Source: a virus (lineage: Duplodnaviria; Caudoviricetes). From it: 37,203 nt of DNA. The stretch spans positions 1 through 37,203 of IMG/VR virus record IMGVR_UViG_3300032260_000010. The stretch is one strand, 5' to 3'. The stretch's first letter is position 1. Each line of letters starts with the position of its first letter. The notes beneath the pieces were generated by a model. It ran no database searches and was not told the origin of the DNA. It saw only the letters and a list, made by a program, of their open reading frames with translations. Positions 9,582 to 19,036 of the stretch are shown piece after piece. The position numbers and the translations under genes are program-made.

Positions 9582-10180
9582 TGGGCGACTACACGACGAT
9601 CGCCGCGGTCCGAGAGCTTCAAGGGATGGCCGACACCGCGCTATTCCCCGACAGCATCGTGTCCGCGGCGATCGATCGTGTCGAAACCCGCGTCGACGAC
9701 TACACCGCCACATCGTGGGTTCACAAGGCTTTCACGGTCACGGTCACGGGAACCGGCGCAGCGTGGCTGCGACTCACCCGAGACGACTTCACACGCGTCC
9801 TCTACCCCCGCACGCTGACCTCGGTCACGGTCGACGGGACCGTCGTGGCCGACACATCGGGGTGGTCGCTCGACCCGCTCGGAATCATCCGACGCGACAC
9901 CGGCGTCTTCACGTTCACCGTCCCCGGTTTCAACGTGACCGTCGCAGGGACCGCCGGGCGCACCGCTACGGCGCCGGACGACATCGTCCACGCCGTCGAG
10001 GTGTGGGCCCGGCAGATCCTCCTCGACGGAATCTCCCGCGTCGAACGCCGGGCGACGTCGATCCAGAACGACTACGGCACCATCGGACTCAGCCAGCCCG
10101 GCCGGAAGTACCCCAGCGGGATCCGTGAAGTTGACGCGATTTTGACTGACCGTTCCGACAACCATTCGGCGGTCGCCTGA
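9581..10180 (+). CDS. Head-tail adaptor
   Basis: YTT N-terminus, AG...PDDI..AV motif, synteny. Confidence 0.75.
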   Translation: MGDYTTIAAVRELQGMADTALFPDSIVSAAIDRVETRVDDYTATSWVHKAFTVTVTGTGAAWLRLTRDDFTRVLYPRTLTSVTVDGTVVADTSGWSLDPLGIIRRDTGVFTFTVPGFNVTVAGTAGRTATAPDDIVHAVEVWARQILLDGISRVERRATSIQNDYGTIGLSQPGRKYPSGIREVDAILTDRSDNHSAVA

Positions 10181-10626
10181 TGGCCGGCACCGTAATCCCC
10201 TCGGTCCGGGCCGCGATCGTCGACCTGCTCGGCCCGCTCGTCTCGCCCGTCCCCGTTTCCTACGGCCACCCAGGCGACCTCGGCCAAACCGCCCACGTGT
10301 GGCTCGGATCCGCCCGCAACGTCGGCACCGAATCCACCCAAGATGTCGCGTCGATGCGTGCATCCCGCAACCGCAGACGCGAAACCATCTCGACCGAACT
10401 CGTGATCGAAGTCACTTCCGAACCGACCGCCCGCAAAGCCGAAGCGAAAGCGGCCGAGATCGGGGCCGTGTTCGAAGAAATGGTCGCAGACGACGACACC
10501 CTCGGCGCCGTCCCGAACCTCCTGTTCTCGATCATTACCGACGTCGAGCTCGACACGACCGAGACTGGCGGCGGGCCCCGCTCGAAGCTGACGTACACAC
10601 TCACAGCTGTAGGAGACCTGTTATGA
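10180..10626 (+). CDS. Putative tail terminator/completion protein
   Basis: Synteny, size and a DDTLG motif. Confidence 0.55.
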   Translation: MAGTVIPSVRAAIVDLLGPLVSPVPVSYGHPGDLGQTAHVWLGSARNVGTESTQDVASMRASRNRRRETISTELVIEVTSEPTARKAEAKAAEIGAVFEEMVADDDTLGAVPNLLFSIITDVELDTTETGGGPRSKLTYTLTAVGDLL

Positions 10627-10883
10627 CACGCGCTAAAGCCGACCCGCCCGCGAGGGCACGCTTCCAGTACGTCGGCGGGTTCGACGCCATTGACGTCCGG
10701 GCAGGAGGCGACTGGATCACCGCCACCCGTGGCGACATCGTGACCGTGACCGGCACACAATACGACAGCTTCAACATGGCCGCGGACTTCACTCAGGTCG
10801 ACGACGACGGCAACCCGATCAACCCGCCCACCAAATCCAAGACCCGCGGCCGGGCAGCACCCGGCAAAACCCAGGAGGCCTAA
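10623..10883 (+). CDS. Small hypothetical protein
   Basis: AGGAG RBS and ATGA overlap. Confidence 0.6.
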   Translation: MTRAKADPPARARFQYVGGFDAIDVRAGGDWITATRGDIVTVTGTQYDSFNMAADFTQVDDDGNPINPPTKSKTRGRAAPGKTQEA

Positions 10884-10886
10884 CCC

Positions 10887-11861
10887 ATGGCATCACTGCT
10901 AGACACCGCGATCCTCCTCGGCGCCGAATCCACCTACGGCACCCCGGCCACCCTTTCCCGCGCCTACGAAGGCCAGATCGACGCGGCGAAACGGGTTCAA
11001 GAGGTTCTTGAATCGGTGGGGTTCCGTGGTGGGATGGATACCGCCCGCTCAGACCGCCGCATCCAAATCAACATGGGCGGCGAAGGATCCCTAGAATTCG
11101 ATCTGCAGAACAAGGGGTTCGGGCTGCTGCTCCAGGCGATGCTCGGCACGTCGTCCGGGCCGACGCAAGTCGCAGCAACAACCGCCTATGAAACGACCGT
11201 CGCCACGAGCTCGGCCGCGCCGACCACGAGCTACACGGTCCAGATGCAACGCGTCGCTGTCGACGGGACCACCATCCAGCACACCTACCACGGCGGCGTC
11301 ATCACCGGCTGGACTCTCGCCCAAACCGTCGGCGATTTGCTCAAGGTCACACTCCCATTCGACTACGAAGACTCCGACACGACGACCGGGGCGGGGACCG
11401 TCACCTACCCAGCTGCCACAACCCCGTTCCACTGGGGGCAGATGGTCTGCACCGTGAACTCCGTCGCGACCGACGTCACCGACTTCTCGGTCACCGAAAC
11501 CCTCGGGTTCAAAACCGACCGCAGGTTCCTCCGCGGGTCCGTCCTCAAGAAACAACCGATTCGGAACGCGGTCCCAGCCATCACCGGCAGCATCAGCCTC
11601 GAGTACAACGACGACACCGAATACGACCTTTGGGCGGCCGGCACGATCTTCCCGATCACCGCAGTGTGGACCGGCGCCGAAATCGAAGCCGGCCACAACT
11701 TTTCGCTGACGATGACGCTCCCCGCGTGCCAGTTCGACGGCGACTCGCCCGTGGCGAACCTCGCTGATGTGCCCACGTTGACGATGCCTTTTAAGGCCCT
11801 CGACGACGGCACCGATCCTGCCGTTTCGATCGTCTACAAGAGCACGGACACCGCGCTCTGA
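10887..11861 (+). CDS. Major tail tube protein
   Basis: ESTYGT N-terminus, Thr-rich 324 aa, CAGGAGG RBS, synteny. Confidence 0.85.
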   Translation: MASLLDTAILLGAESTYGTPATLSRAYEGQIDAAKRVQEVLESVGFRGGMDTARSDRRIQINMGGEGSLEFDLQNKGFGLLLQAMLGTSSGPTQVAATTAYETTVATSSAAPTTSYTVQMQRVAVDGTTIQHTYHGGVITGWTLAQTVGDLLKVTLPFDYEDSDTTTGAGTVTYPAATTPFHWGQMVCTVNSVATDVTDFSVTETLGFKTDRRFLRGSVLKKQPIRNAVPAITGSISLEYNDDTEYDLWAAGTIFPITAVWTGAEIEAGHNFSLTMTLPACQFDGDSPVANLADVPTLTMPFKALDDGTDPAVSIVYKSTDTAL

Positions 11862-12283
11862 TGGCGAAGACGCCGGCGCCGACCGAGCTTCACTTCATCC
11901 GCGCTGAGGGAGCGCGGGAGCTGCGCAAGGCGTTGAGACGCGCCGGCCGCGAGGATCTTCGCCAGGCGGTCAAGGCCGCGCACATCGAGATCGCCGAAAT
12001 CGTAGCGGAGGAAGCGAAACGCAGGGCGCCGGTCGGGAAGACCGGTGACCTCCAGAAGGCCATCAAGGGCAGAGGCACGTTGGCCGAAGCCCGCGTGAAC
12101 TACGGCAAGAAGACGGTCCCGTACGCGGCCCCGATCCATTGGGGTTGGCCCAAACGCAACATCGAACCAGCCCTCTACGTGAGCGACGCGGTCGAGGACA
12201 AGATGCCCGAAGTCCGCAAGATCTTTGATTCACGCATGGCAGACATCACCAAAGCTTTCAACGAAGGGCCATCTATCACATGA
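11861..12283 (+). CDS. HK97 gp10-like neck/tail completion protein
   Basis: APV..TGDL and PYAAPIHWGWPKRNI motifs. Confidence 0.75.
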   Translation: MAKTPAPTELHFIRAEGARELRKALRRAGREDLRQAVKAAHIEIAEIVAEEAKRRAPVGKTGDLQKAIKGRGTLAEARVNYGKKTVPYAAPIHWGWPKRNIEPALYVSDAVEDKMPEVRKIFDSRMADITKAFNEGPSIT

Positions 12284-12570
12284 CCGATACCGCTGCCGCC
12301 GAGGATGGTGCGCTGTTCGAACGAGCGATCGAGGGTCTCAGCCTCGGTGAGGCCGCCGAACTCGAACGGCATTCTGAGATCCCGATCGATGAGATGACCG
12401 CTCCGGGCAAACCGAAGATGCTGGTCATCATCGGGCTCGTGACCGTGCTCCGCCGACGCGACGAACCAGGGTTCACGTTCGACCAGGCCGCGGAAATCAA
12501 ACTGTCGGATCTCGAATCTGAACTCGCTGGCTTGGTGCCCGAAAACCCTACCGACGGCCGTCCCGGGTGA
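12280..12570 (+). CDS. Tail assembly chaperone (gpG-like)
   Basis: Acidic 96 aa protein before the tape measure, with a slippery heptamer near its end. Confidence 0.7.
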   Translation: MTDTAAAEDGALFERAIEGLSLGEAAELERHSEIPIDEMTAPGKPKMLVIIGLVTVLRRRDEPGFTFDQAAEIKLSDLESELAGLVPENPTDGRPG

Positions 12571-12698
12571 TGGCGCTACGGGTCGAGCTCGTCGCGCGTG
12601 CAGGTCTCGGGTGGGAAGAGGCAGGCCGCATGACTTTCGCTGAGGCCGCCGCGGTGCTGGGCCGCGTCGACGAACTCGAACGGGCTAGGGCAGGCTGA
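12543..12698 (+). CDS. -1 frameshift extension of tail chaperone (gpGT-like)
   Basis: A AAC CCT at 12543-12549 fits X XXY YYZ. The -1 frame is open to TGA 12698, abutting the tape measure start. Confidence 0.65.
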   Translation, partial: KPYRRPSRVMALRVELVARAGLGWEEAGRMTFAEAAAVLGRVDELERARAG

Positions 12699-14851
12699 TG
12701 GCACCGCCGCTCGTTGTCCGCATCCTCGGCGATGCCAAGAAATTCACGCAGACGATGGACGGCGTCGAGTCGCGGATCGGGTCGTTCGCGGTCAAGGCCG
12801 GGAAAGTCGGGTTGGCGGGCGGAGCGGCGTTCGCTACGGCTTCGGCCGGAGCGGCGACCGGGCTCTTCAAGCTCGGCGAGAGTTTCGATGAGGCTTTCGA
12901 CACGATCAGGGTCGGGACCGGCGCGACGGGCGAGGCGTTCGGTGGCCTCCAGGACGATTTCCGGGGTGTTCTCACGTCGGTGCCGACCGATTTCGGGGAG
13001 GCTTCGGGAGCGGTCGCCGATTTGAACACCCGGTTGGGGTTGACCGGGCAGCCGCTCCAGGACCTCGCCACCGATTTCATCCAACTGGGCAAGGTGACGG
13101 GGTCGGACACGGCCGGGAACGTCGACCGTCTCACGAGGGTGTTCGGCGACTGGGGCGTCTCCGTCGACGAGCAGTCACCCACGTTGGACAAGCTGTTCCG
13201 GGCGTCGCAGAACTCTGGGATCGGGATCGACGAACTCGGCACATCGCTAGTCCAGTTCGGGGCGCCGCTCCGGAACCTCGGGTTCGGCCTCGACGAATCC
13301 TCAGCGCTTCTCTCCGTGTTCAATAAGACCGGTGTCAACACTGAGGGTGTTGTCGCAGGTTTGAAGATCGGGGTCGGGACGCTAGCGAAAGCCGGCGAGG
13401 ACGTCCCCACAACATTCCGCAGGGTCGTCGACGAGATCACCGAGTTGGGTCCGGGGACCGACGCGACCCGCAAAGCAATCGAGTTGTTCGGCCAACGCGC
13501 CGGCCCCGATCTCGCTGACGCGATCGCTGGCGGGAAGTTCGAGCTCGATGAGATGCTCGCCGCGATTCAGGGCGGTTCGGAAACGATCGACGCCGCCGAG
13601 GGCGACACCCGCAGCTTTGGCGAGCAGTGGACCCTCTTCAAGAACAACGTTCTTGTCAAGTTGGAGCCGCTCGCCACCAGGGTCTTCGCGAAGATGGGCG
13701 AGATCATGGAAACCCTTCTCCCGAAGGTCGACCCGTTTTTCGCCCGGGTCGGGGAGGTCACGGACTCGGTCCTCCCAAGGTTCCAAGCGGTCTGGGACGG
13801 GCTCGTGCCGGTGCTCCAGGTCCAGGTCCCGCAGGCGGTCGGCGCAGTGGGGACCGCGGTCGGGCTCATCGCTGGGATCGCCGAGGAAGTCGCCGCCCGG
13901 GCCCAGCCGTTCATCAGGTTCCTCGGGTTCCTCATCGACCACAGGGATGAGGTGGTCGGGGCGCTCACCGCGTTCGCTGTCGTCCAAACAGCGATTCTGA
14001 TCCCATCGGTCATCGCCTCCACAGCGGCTTGGATAGCGAACGCCGTCGCTGTTGTCGTCGCGACAGCCCCGTTCATCGCCGCGGCGGTCGTGATCGGCGG
14101 CCTCGGCGTCCTCGTCGTGAAACTCTGGAAGAGCAACGAGACGTTCCGCAAAATCGTGCTCAAGGTCAAGGATGTGGTGTGGGACATCGTGCGCGGCGCG
14201 CTCCCAGCGATGGTCGCGGTGTTCGACGCGGCCAGGGAGGCCGTCAAGAAAGTCGCTGGGTGGCTCGACACCGCGTGGGAGGCAATCAAGACAGGGATCG
14301 GCGCCGTGCAAGATTTGATCGGATGGCTCGGCGAACTCAACACGAAAATCACCGGCGTCGGGTTGGAGATCGTCGGGTTCTTCACCGGTATCCCGGGCGA
14401 GATTCTTGGTGCGGTCCAGTCGTGGGTTGACGCTGGGGTTGCTCTCGGGGGGGCGGTTCTCGACGGGATCAAGGCGGGGCTTTCGGCTGTGAGCGGGTTC
14501 GCTGGTGGCGTCGCTTCGGCGATCTGGGACGCGGTGAAGGCGGGGATGAACGCCCAGGTGATCGACCCGCTCAACGCGGCGATCCCGAATAGTTTGGGGA
14601 TCGGCCCGTTCGCGATTGATCTGCCCGACGCCCCGGTTCCTCGGTTGGCGATGGGCGGCACGATCGGCGGTGTTGTCGACGTCGGCGAGAGAGGCCGAGA
14701 ACGTGTCCTTCTCCCAGCGGGGTCGAGGGTGGTCCCGAACCATCAGCTTGACCCGGTCGGCTCGATCGTCGTGAACGTCACGTCACCATCGGACCCCCGG
14801 CAGATCGCACGCGAAGTCGCGTGGGCGATCCGCACCAGTGGCAGGGCATGA
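12698..14851 (+). CDS. Tape measure protein
   Basis: 717 aa, VRILGDA N-terminus, Ala/Gly-rich helical repeats, C-terminal AMGG...VGERGRE. Confidence 0.92.
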   Translation: MAPPLVVRILGDAKKFTQTMDGVESRIGSFAVKAGKVGLAGGAAFATASAGAATGLFKLGESFDEAFDTIRVGTGATGEAFGGLQDDFRGVLTSVPTDFGEASGAVADLNTRLGLTGQPLQDLATDFIQLGKVTGSDTAGNVDRLTRVFGDWGVSVDEQSPTLDKLFRASQNSGIGIDELGTSLVQFGAPLRNLGFGLDESSALLSVFNKTGVNTEGVVAGLKIGVGTLAKAGEDVPTTFRRVVDEITELGPGTDATRKAIELFGQRAGPDLADAIAGGKFELDEMLAAIQGGSETIDAAEGDTRSFGEQWTLFKNNVLVKLEPLATRVFAKMGEIMETLLPKVDPFFARVGEVTDSVLPRFQAVWDGLVPVLQVQVPQAVGAVGTAVGLIAGIAEEVAARAQPFIRFLGFLIDHRDEVVGALTAFAVVQTAILIPSVIASTAAWIANAVAVVVATAPFIAAAVVIGGLGVLVVKLWKSNETFRKIVLKVKDVVWDIVRGALPAMVAVFDAAREAVKKVAGWLDTAWEAIKTGIGAVQDLIGWLGELNTKITGVGLEIVGFFTGIPGEILGAVQSWVDAGVALGGAVLDGIKAGLSAVSGFAGGVASAIWDAVKAGMNAQVIDPLNAAIPNSLGIGPFAIDLPDAPVPRLAMGGTIGGVVDVGERGRERVLLPAGSRVVPNHQLDPVGSIVVNVTSPSDPRQIAREVAWAIRTSGRA

Positions 14852-14858
14852 TGAACCC

Positions 14859-15716
14859 ATGGCGGTAGGCGACACGGTCACGGAAGACTGGGACCTCGAG
14901 TTCAACGGTCTCGCTATCGGGGAGGGCACCCCGTTCTTGGTCGCGCTCGTCGAAGGGCTCGCAGACCTCCCGGCCGTGCGGTCCGGAGACCAGACCCTGC
15001 TCCGCACCGACGGGCTGTGGGCCGGCGACGATTTCCTCGGGGGGCGGACCATCACGATCTCCGTCGAGGTCGACCAGCGGACCACGACCACAGCGTTCGA
15101 TCAGCTGGCCGCGGCGTTCGTGCCAGGCCAGGCGGAACAGCCGCTCGTCATGCAGATCCCGAGGGTCGCTGGCGGCGCGAAGATTCGCGTTAACGCCCGT
15201 GCCCGGCGCCGTTCCGCGCCAATCAACCTTGAGTGGCTTTACGATTTGCCGGTGATCGTTGTCGAGCTCGACGCGACCGACCCCCGAGTCTACGCAGACA
15301 CCCCGACCTCGATCTCGGGGCTCGGCCTCGCCGCCGCCACCGGGGGGCTCACGTGGCCGCTCACTTGGCCGCTCGACTGGGGCACATTCAACTCGGGAAC
15401 GTTCACCGCGTCCAACGCCGGCACCTACGCCACCCCGCTGATGTTCACCTTTTCTGGGCCGCTCGAACGGCCACGCGTGGAGAACCTCACCCAATCACGG
15501 ACCCTCGAATTCGACGTGAGTTTGGCCGCCGGCGACACCCTGGTGGTCGACACCGGCGCCAGGACCGCGCTGGTCGGGGGGACCGCGTCACGATCCGGGA
15601 CAATGACCGCCGGCTCGGAATGGTTCCTTCTCGGGGCGGGCACTGAGACGATACGATTTGCGGCGAACTCCGGCTCCGGAACCCTCGCAGCCGAATGGAG
15701 ATCAGCATGGATATGA
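14859..15716 (+). CDS. Distal tail protein (Dit-like)
   Basis: Follows the tape measure. ATDPRVY, WPLTWPLDW, NAGT and terminal WRSAW motifs. Confidence 0.85.
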   Translation: MAVGDTVTEDWDLEFNGLAIGEGTPFLVALVEGLADLPAVRSGDQTLLRTDGLWAGDDFLGGRTITISVEVDQRTTTTAFDQLAAAFVPGQAEQPLVMQIPRVAGGAKIRVNARARRRSAPINLEWLYDLPVIVVELDATDPRVYADTPTSISGLGLAAATGGLTWPLTWPLDWGTFNSGTFTASNAGTYATPLMFTFSGPLERPRVENLTQSRTLEFDVSLAAGDTLVVDTGARTALVGGTASRSGTMTAGSEWFLLGAGTETIRFAANSGSGTLAAEWRSAWI

Positions 15717-15859
15717 GAAATCGAGTCGGGCAGGTCCCCGCGCCGAACGCTCCGGCGGTGCCCATGTCGGACACCAAACCGAGACCGCCGCCTCCCGACT
15801 GGCAGCGCACCCCAGAGCCGCCCGGCGACTGGGCGCCTGACCAGGAGCCCACCTCATGA
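15713..15859 (+). CDS. Small proline-rich protein (48 aa; not in ORF track)
   Basis: MRNRVGQVPAPNAPAVPMSDTKPRPPPPDWQRTPEPPGDWAPDQEPTS. ATGA overlaps at both ends. Confidence 0.5.
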   Translation: MRNRVGQVPAPNAPAVPMSDTKPRPPPPDWQRTPEPPGDWAPDQEPTS

Positions 15860-16878
15860 CCGTGACCGCAGCCAGCCTGCACATCACCTCCGCCGGGGCG
15901 ACCGCTCAATCCGTCCGCCGTTTCTACGGCGCGCTGTTCGACGGCCGCCAAGGCATCGCCACGGCCACCGACCTCGCGGTGACCGAGAACGGCACCCCAG
16001 ACATGAGTGTCGACGTCGCGGCCGGGGCGTGTCTCATCACCGGCGACGAATCCTCCAGCCAGGGGGCGTATTGGGTCGACAACATCGGCACCCTCAACGT
16101 CACGATCACAGCCGCGGACGCGACGAACCCCCGAAAGGATCTGATCGTCGCGAAGGTCCAGGACTCCGATTTCTCGGGTGCGACCGATGCAGGGTCGATC
16201 GTCGCGGTGGCGGGCACCCCAGCGGGGTCGCCGGCCGAGCCGGCCGTGCCCGACAACGCGATCGTGTTGGCGATGGTGGATGTCGCGGCTAACGAAACCG
16301 CGATCGAGGACGCCCACATCACCGACCGGCGGACGTCGACGACCGGCCAGGACCGCCTCACCGCCACCGGCGGGATCGTCGTCGCCGCGTCAACCGCGCA
16401 GCTCCCCACGGGCCCCACCGAAGGCCTTATCGCGTGGCAGTCGGACACGAACCAGCTGTTCGGCTACAACGGCACGTCGTGGGTCAACATCATCCAACCC
16501 GAATGGCAGGCGTGGACCCCAGATTGGTTCATCGGGCCGTCGACCGCGCAGGCTCACACTGTGTCCGTCGCCAGGTACATGTTGGCCGGGGGCATGTGCA
16601 CCGCTGCGTGGCGGCTTGTCGCGACCACAGCGGAGACGGTCGGGCAGCACGCGGTCGAGCTGCCGTTCACGATGCGAGCCACCTACGGCCCGGTCCAGAA
16701 CTTTCCCATTGGCGTCGGCGGGTTCGAGTCGACCGCGGACACGTTCGGTGTCATGGCACCCGAACCTGCGGGTTCGTCGCTTCGTGCGGTGCTCGTCGAA
16801 ACAGACGGGACGGTCAACTCGGACAACACGTCGATTGGCGACGAGTTCACCGGGACCGTCAGCTACGAGCTCGCCTGA
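15856..16878 (+). CDS. Minor tail protein (putative receptor-binding/baseplate)
   Basis: MSVDVAAG, NPRKDLIV, GTPA..P..P and ITDRR motifs typical of actinophage minor tail proteins. Confidence 0.8.
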   Translation: MTVTAASLHITSAGATAQSVRRFYGALFDGRQGIATATDLAVTENGTPDMSVDVAAGACLITGDESSSQGAYWVDNIGTLNVTITAADATNPRKDLIVAKVQDSDFSGATDAGSIVAVAGTPAGSPAEPAVPDNAIVLAMVDVAANETAIEDAHITDRRTSTTGQDRLTATGGIVVAASTAQLPTGPTEGLIAWQSDTNQLFGYNGTSWVNIIQPEWQAWTPDWFIGPSTAQAHTVSVARYMLAGGMCTAAWRLVATTAETVGQHAVELPFTMRATYGPVQNFPIGVGGFESTADTFGVMAPEPAGSSLRAVLVETDGTVNSDNTSIGDEFTGTVSYELA

Positions 16879-17930
16879 TGGCAGAGTTCACCGTTTGGAT
16901 TTCGGACGGGGCCGGTACCCCCGGCGCCCGGACCGGGTCGATGCAAGTCGTCACGCTCGGCTGGTCGCAGGAAATCAACGCACACGACCAGATCACCGTC
17001 ACGACCCCGGCGTTCGGTGGGCACCCCGACATCGGGGGCATCGAACCGGGCAGGTCACTCATCTGGGTTCTTTCCGATGGCGTTCCGATCACTGTGGGGT
17101 GGGTCACCGCCGCGCAGATCGACGTGCCAGGCGAAACGGTCATGTGGACCGCGGTCGGGCCCATGGCCTATTTCGATCGGCGTCTCATCAAAGTGGCTGT
17201 GACGCAGACCGCGGCCGATGTCCTCGACGTCGCACGCTCGCTCGTCACCGTCGCGCAGGCGAAACCGTCAGGGTCGATCGGGCTCGGGCTGGACACGGCC
17301 ACAGCCGGCGTCACACGAGACCTCGAGATCCTGGTGTCCGACCACGAGAAAGTCGGCGAAGTCTACGCCCGCATCGCCGAAGAGGACGGATTCGATTGGC
17401 GCGTCACACCGAGATGGGTTGGGGACACGCTCACCGCGACCCTCGAACACGAACACCCCGCAGGCGGGCAAGCAACCGGCCGCCCGATCGTGCACGGCAC
17501 CCAGATCGACATCACCTCGGCAGACTGGGACGGCACCGCCCTCGCCACGTCGATCGTCGCGACCGGCGCAGGTTCCGGTGACACCACACCCACCGCCACC
17601 GCCACGATCGACCCCGCCGCCGGCCTGTTAACCGAAGACGTCATCTCCGCCACAGGTGTCGTCGACACCGGCGTCCTCGGGCAAGTGGCGGCACGTGTCG
17701 CCGCACGCACCGCCACCGCCCCCGTCCGCCTCACCGGGGTGCTCCGCCCACACCCCGATGTCTCCGCCACCCAACCCGCCACCGGCGAAATTGTCGACCT
17801 GACCGCCGACCTCGGACCCATCCAAATTGCAAACGACCGGTACCGGGTCGTCGCGAAGACCGTCGTCATCGACCAGACCGGCACCGGGCTCACGACCCTC
17901 GAACTCACCGAAGCCGCAAGGTTCGTGTGA
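16878..17930 (+). CDS. Minor tail protein (Tal/baseplate hub-like)
   Basis: DGFDW and ATSIVATGAG motifs, 350 aa, synteny. Confidence 0.7.
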   Translation: MAEFTVWISDGAGTPGARTGSMQVVTLGWSQEINAHDQITVTTPAFGGHPDIGGIEPGRSLIWVLSDGVPITVGWVTAAQIDVPGETVMWTAVGPMAYFDRRLIKVAVTQTAADVLDVARSLVTVAQAKPSGSIGLGLDTATAGVTRDLEILVSDHEKVGEVYARIAEEDGFDWRVTPRWVGDTLTATLEHEHPAGGQATGRPIVHGTQIDITSADWDGTALATSIVATGAGSGDTTPTATATIDPAAGLLTEDVISATGVVDTGVLGQVAARVAARTATAPVRLTGVLRPHPDVSATQPATGEIVDLTADLGPIQIANDRYRVVAKTVVIDQTGTGLTTLELTEAARFV

Positions 17931-17932
17931 TG

Positions 17933-18244
17933 TCAGACCAGCTGGATCAGGATCGAAACCTGGACGGTGCTGTTCGTTTCCACGCCCCGGTCGGTTTCCG
18001 GGTCACGTTCGCTGGTGTCCCACCCGGACACTGTCACCCTGGCGTACGTCCTGGCGATCTGGTCGACCTCGAACCCGACCGGACCTGTGAACATGCCATC
18101 CCATTCTTTGGCTTCGAGGTCGAGATCGGCAAGGGCCTCGACGAAGCCTTCGCCGGCGGCCGCCACCTCGGCCGGGAACTCGGCTGCGGCCGCGAGGACC
18201 ATTTTGTTCAACTCTGCTGGCGTCTTCACCGTAGTTGTTTCCAT
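17933..18244 (-). CDS. Small acidic hypothetical protein inserted antisense in tail module (METTTVKT...)
   Basis: ATG 6 nt after the putative -10 of the repeated element. It fills the gap between two tail genes. Confidence 0.75.
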   Translation of the reverse strand: METTTVKTPAELNKMVLAAAAEFPAEVAAAGEGFVEALADLDLEAKEWDGMFTGPVGFEVDQIARTYARVTVSGWDTSERDPETDRGVETNSTVQVSILIQLV

Positions 18245-18289
18245 ACACCCATTCAACCACATCCGGGCACTGTTGTCAACCACAAACTT
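18245..18289 (-). promoter_or_regulatory. Repeated promoter/operator element, copy 2
   Basis: TTGACA (18279-18274), 17 bp, TTGAAT (18256-18251). Near-identical to copy 1. Confidence 0.8.
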
Positions 18290-18300
18290 GGGTGGGACTG

Positions 18301-18846
18301 ATGCTTGACCCGAACCGGCGTCCCGACCTCGGCGGCGACCTCGCAGACCTCCGCCGCCGGGTCGAGGACCTCGAGCGACGCAACCAGCTGACTCGCGCCC
18401 AGGCCGACATCGATGGGGTCACGGTCCTCCGCGTCGACGCCGATGGCCTCGGCGCACCCCACCAACACCTCCCGTGGATCGACTCGCAGACCCCACCGCA
18501 AGAAATCATCTCCGCTGGGACGTTCACCGCTGCGTGGGAGACAACAATCCCGACACTCATCGCCCCACACGTCCGCTTCACGCTGTTGGCGACGTCGGCG
18601 GCGTCCGGCGCCGGCGACGTCCGCGTCACCCTCGGCTCAGCGACATCCGATTCCATCGCCGTTCCCGCCCTCGCGGTCGACCAGCTCCTCACCTGCGACT
18701 GGGCACACGGCGAACCCCTCGGCGGGCTATTCGTCCCACTCAAAATCGAGGCCCGAGTGAACTCCGGGAACTCGCTCGTGTTTGATCTCCCGACCCCGGC
18801 CGAGCTCGGGAAATCCGCCACCGCCACGACCGGCGGATTCACCTAG
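18301..18846 (+). CDS. Minor tail protein
   Basis: N-terminal coiled coil DLRRRVEDLERR, then a beta-rich domain. Synteny. Confidence 0.7.
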   Translation: MLDPNRRPDLGGDLADLRRRVEDLERRNQLTRAQADIDGVTVLRVDADGLGAPHQHLPWIDSQTPPQEIISAGTFTAAWETTIPTLIAPHVRFTLLATSAASGAGDVRVTLGSATSDSIAVPALAVDQLLTCDWAHGEPLGGLFVPLKIEARVNSGNSLVFDLPTPAELGKSATATTGGFT

Positions 18847-19036
18847 CGAGGTGCGCCCCACACCACCACGCCTGCCGGCCCCGGCCCCCGCCGAGCACCG
18901 GCTCGGGGAGGGACCCAGGATCCCGCTGGGCGGCCTTCCTGACCGCCTCGACCCCGACACCGCGGCCGGCTGCCAGGGCCTCGATGGGCACGAGCGGTGC
19001 GCCACACAGGCACACCGCCCGATGGCGGACCGTCAC
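18839..19036 (-). CDS. Small putative DNA-binding protein (65 aa)
   Basis: GTGA overlap with the upstream stop. EALAAGRGVGVEAVRK...LPEP resembles an AlpA-like HTH. Confidence 0.5.
   Translation of the reverse strand: MTVRHRAVCLCGAPLVPIEALAAGRGVGVEAVRKAAQRDPGSLPEPVLGGGRGRQAWWCGAHLAR

Noticed and set aside
15724-15800. Nested stem-loop (AGTCGGG/CCCGACT, CGGCGGT/ACCGCCG) as ncRNA
   Set aside because: The interval is fully covered by a doubly coupled small ORF, and such stems are expected at this GC content.
17927-18301. Plus-strand 124-aa ORF bridging the tail genes
   Set aside because: The minus-strand ORF has the conserved promoter element and a more protein-like composition. Not fully excluded, since this frame overlaps both neighbours.
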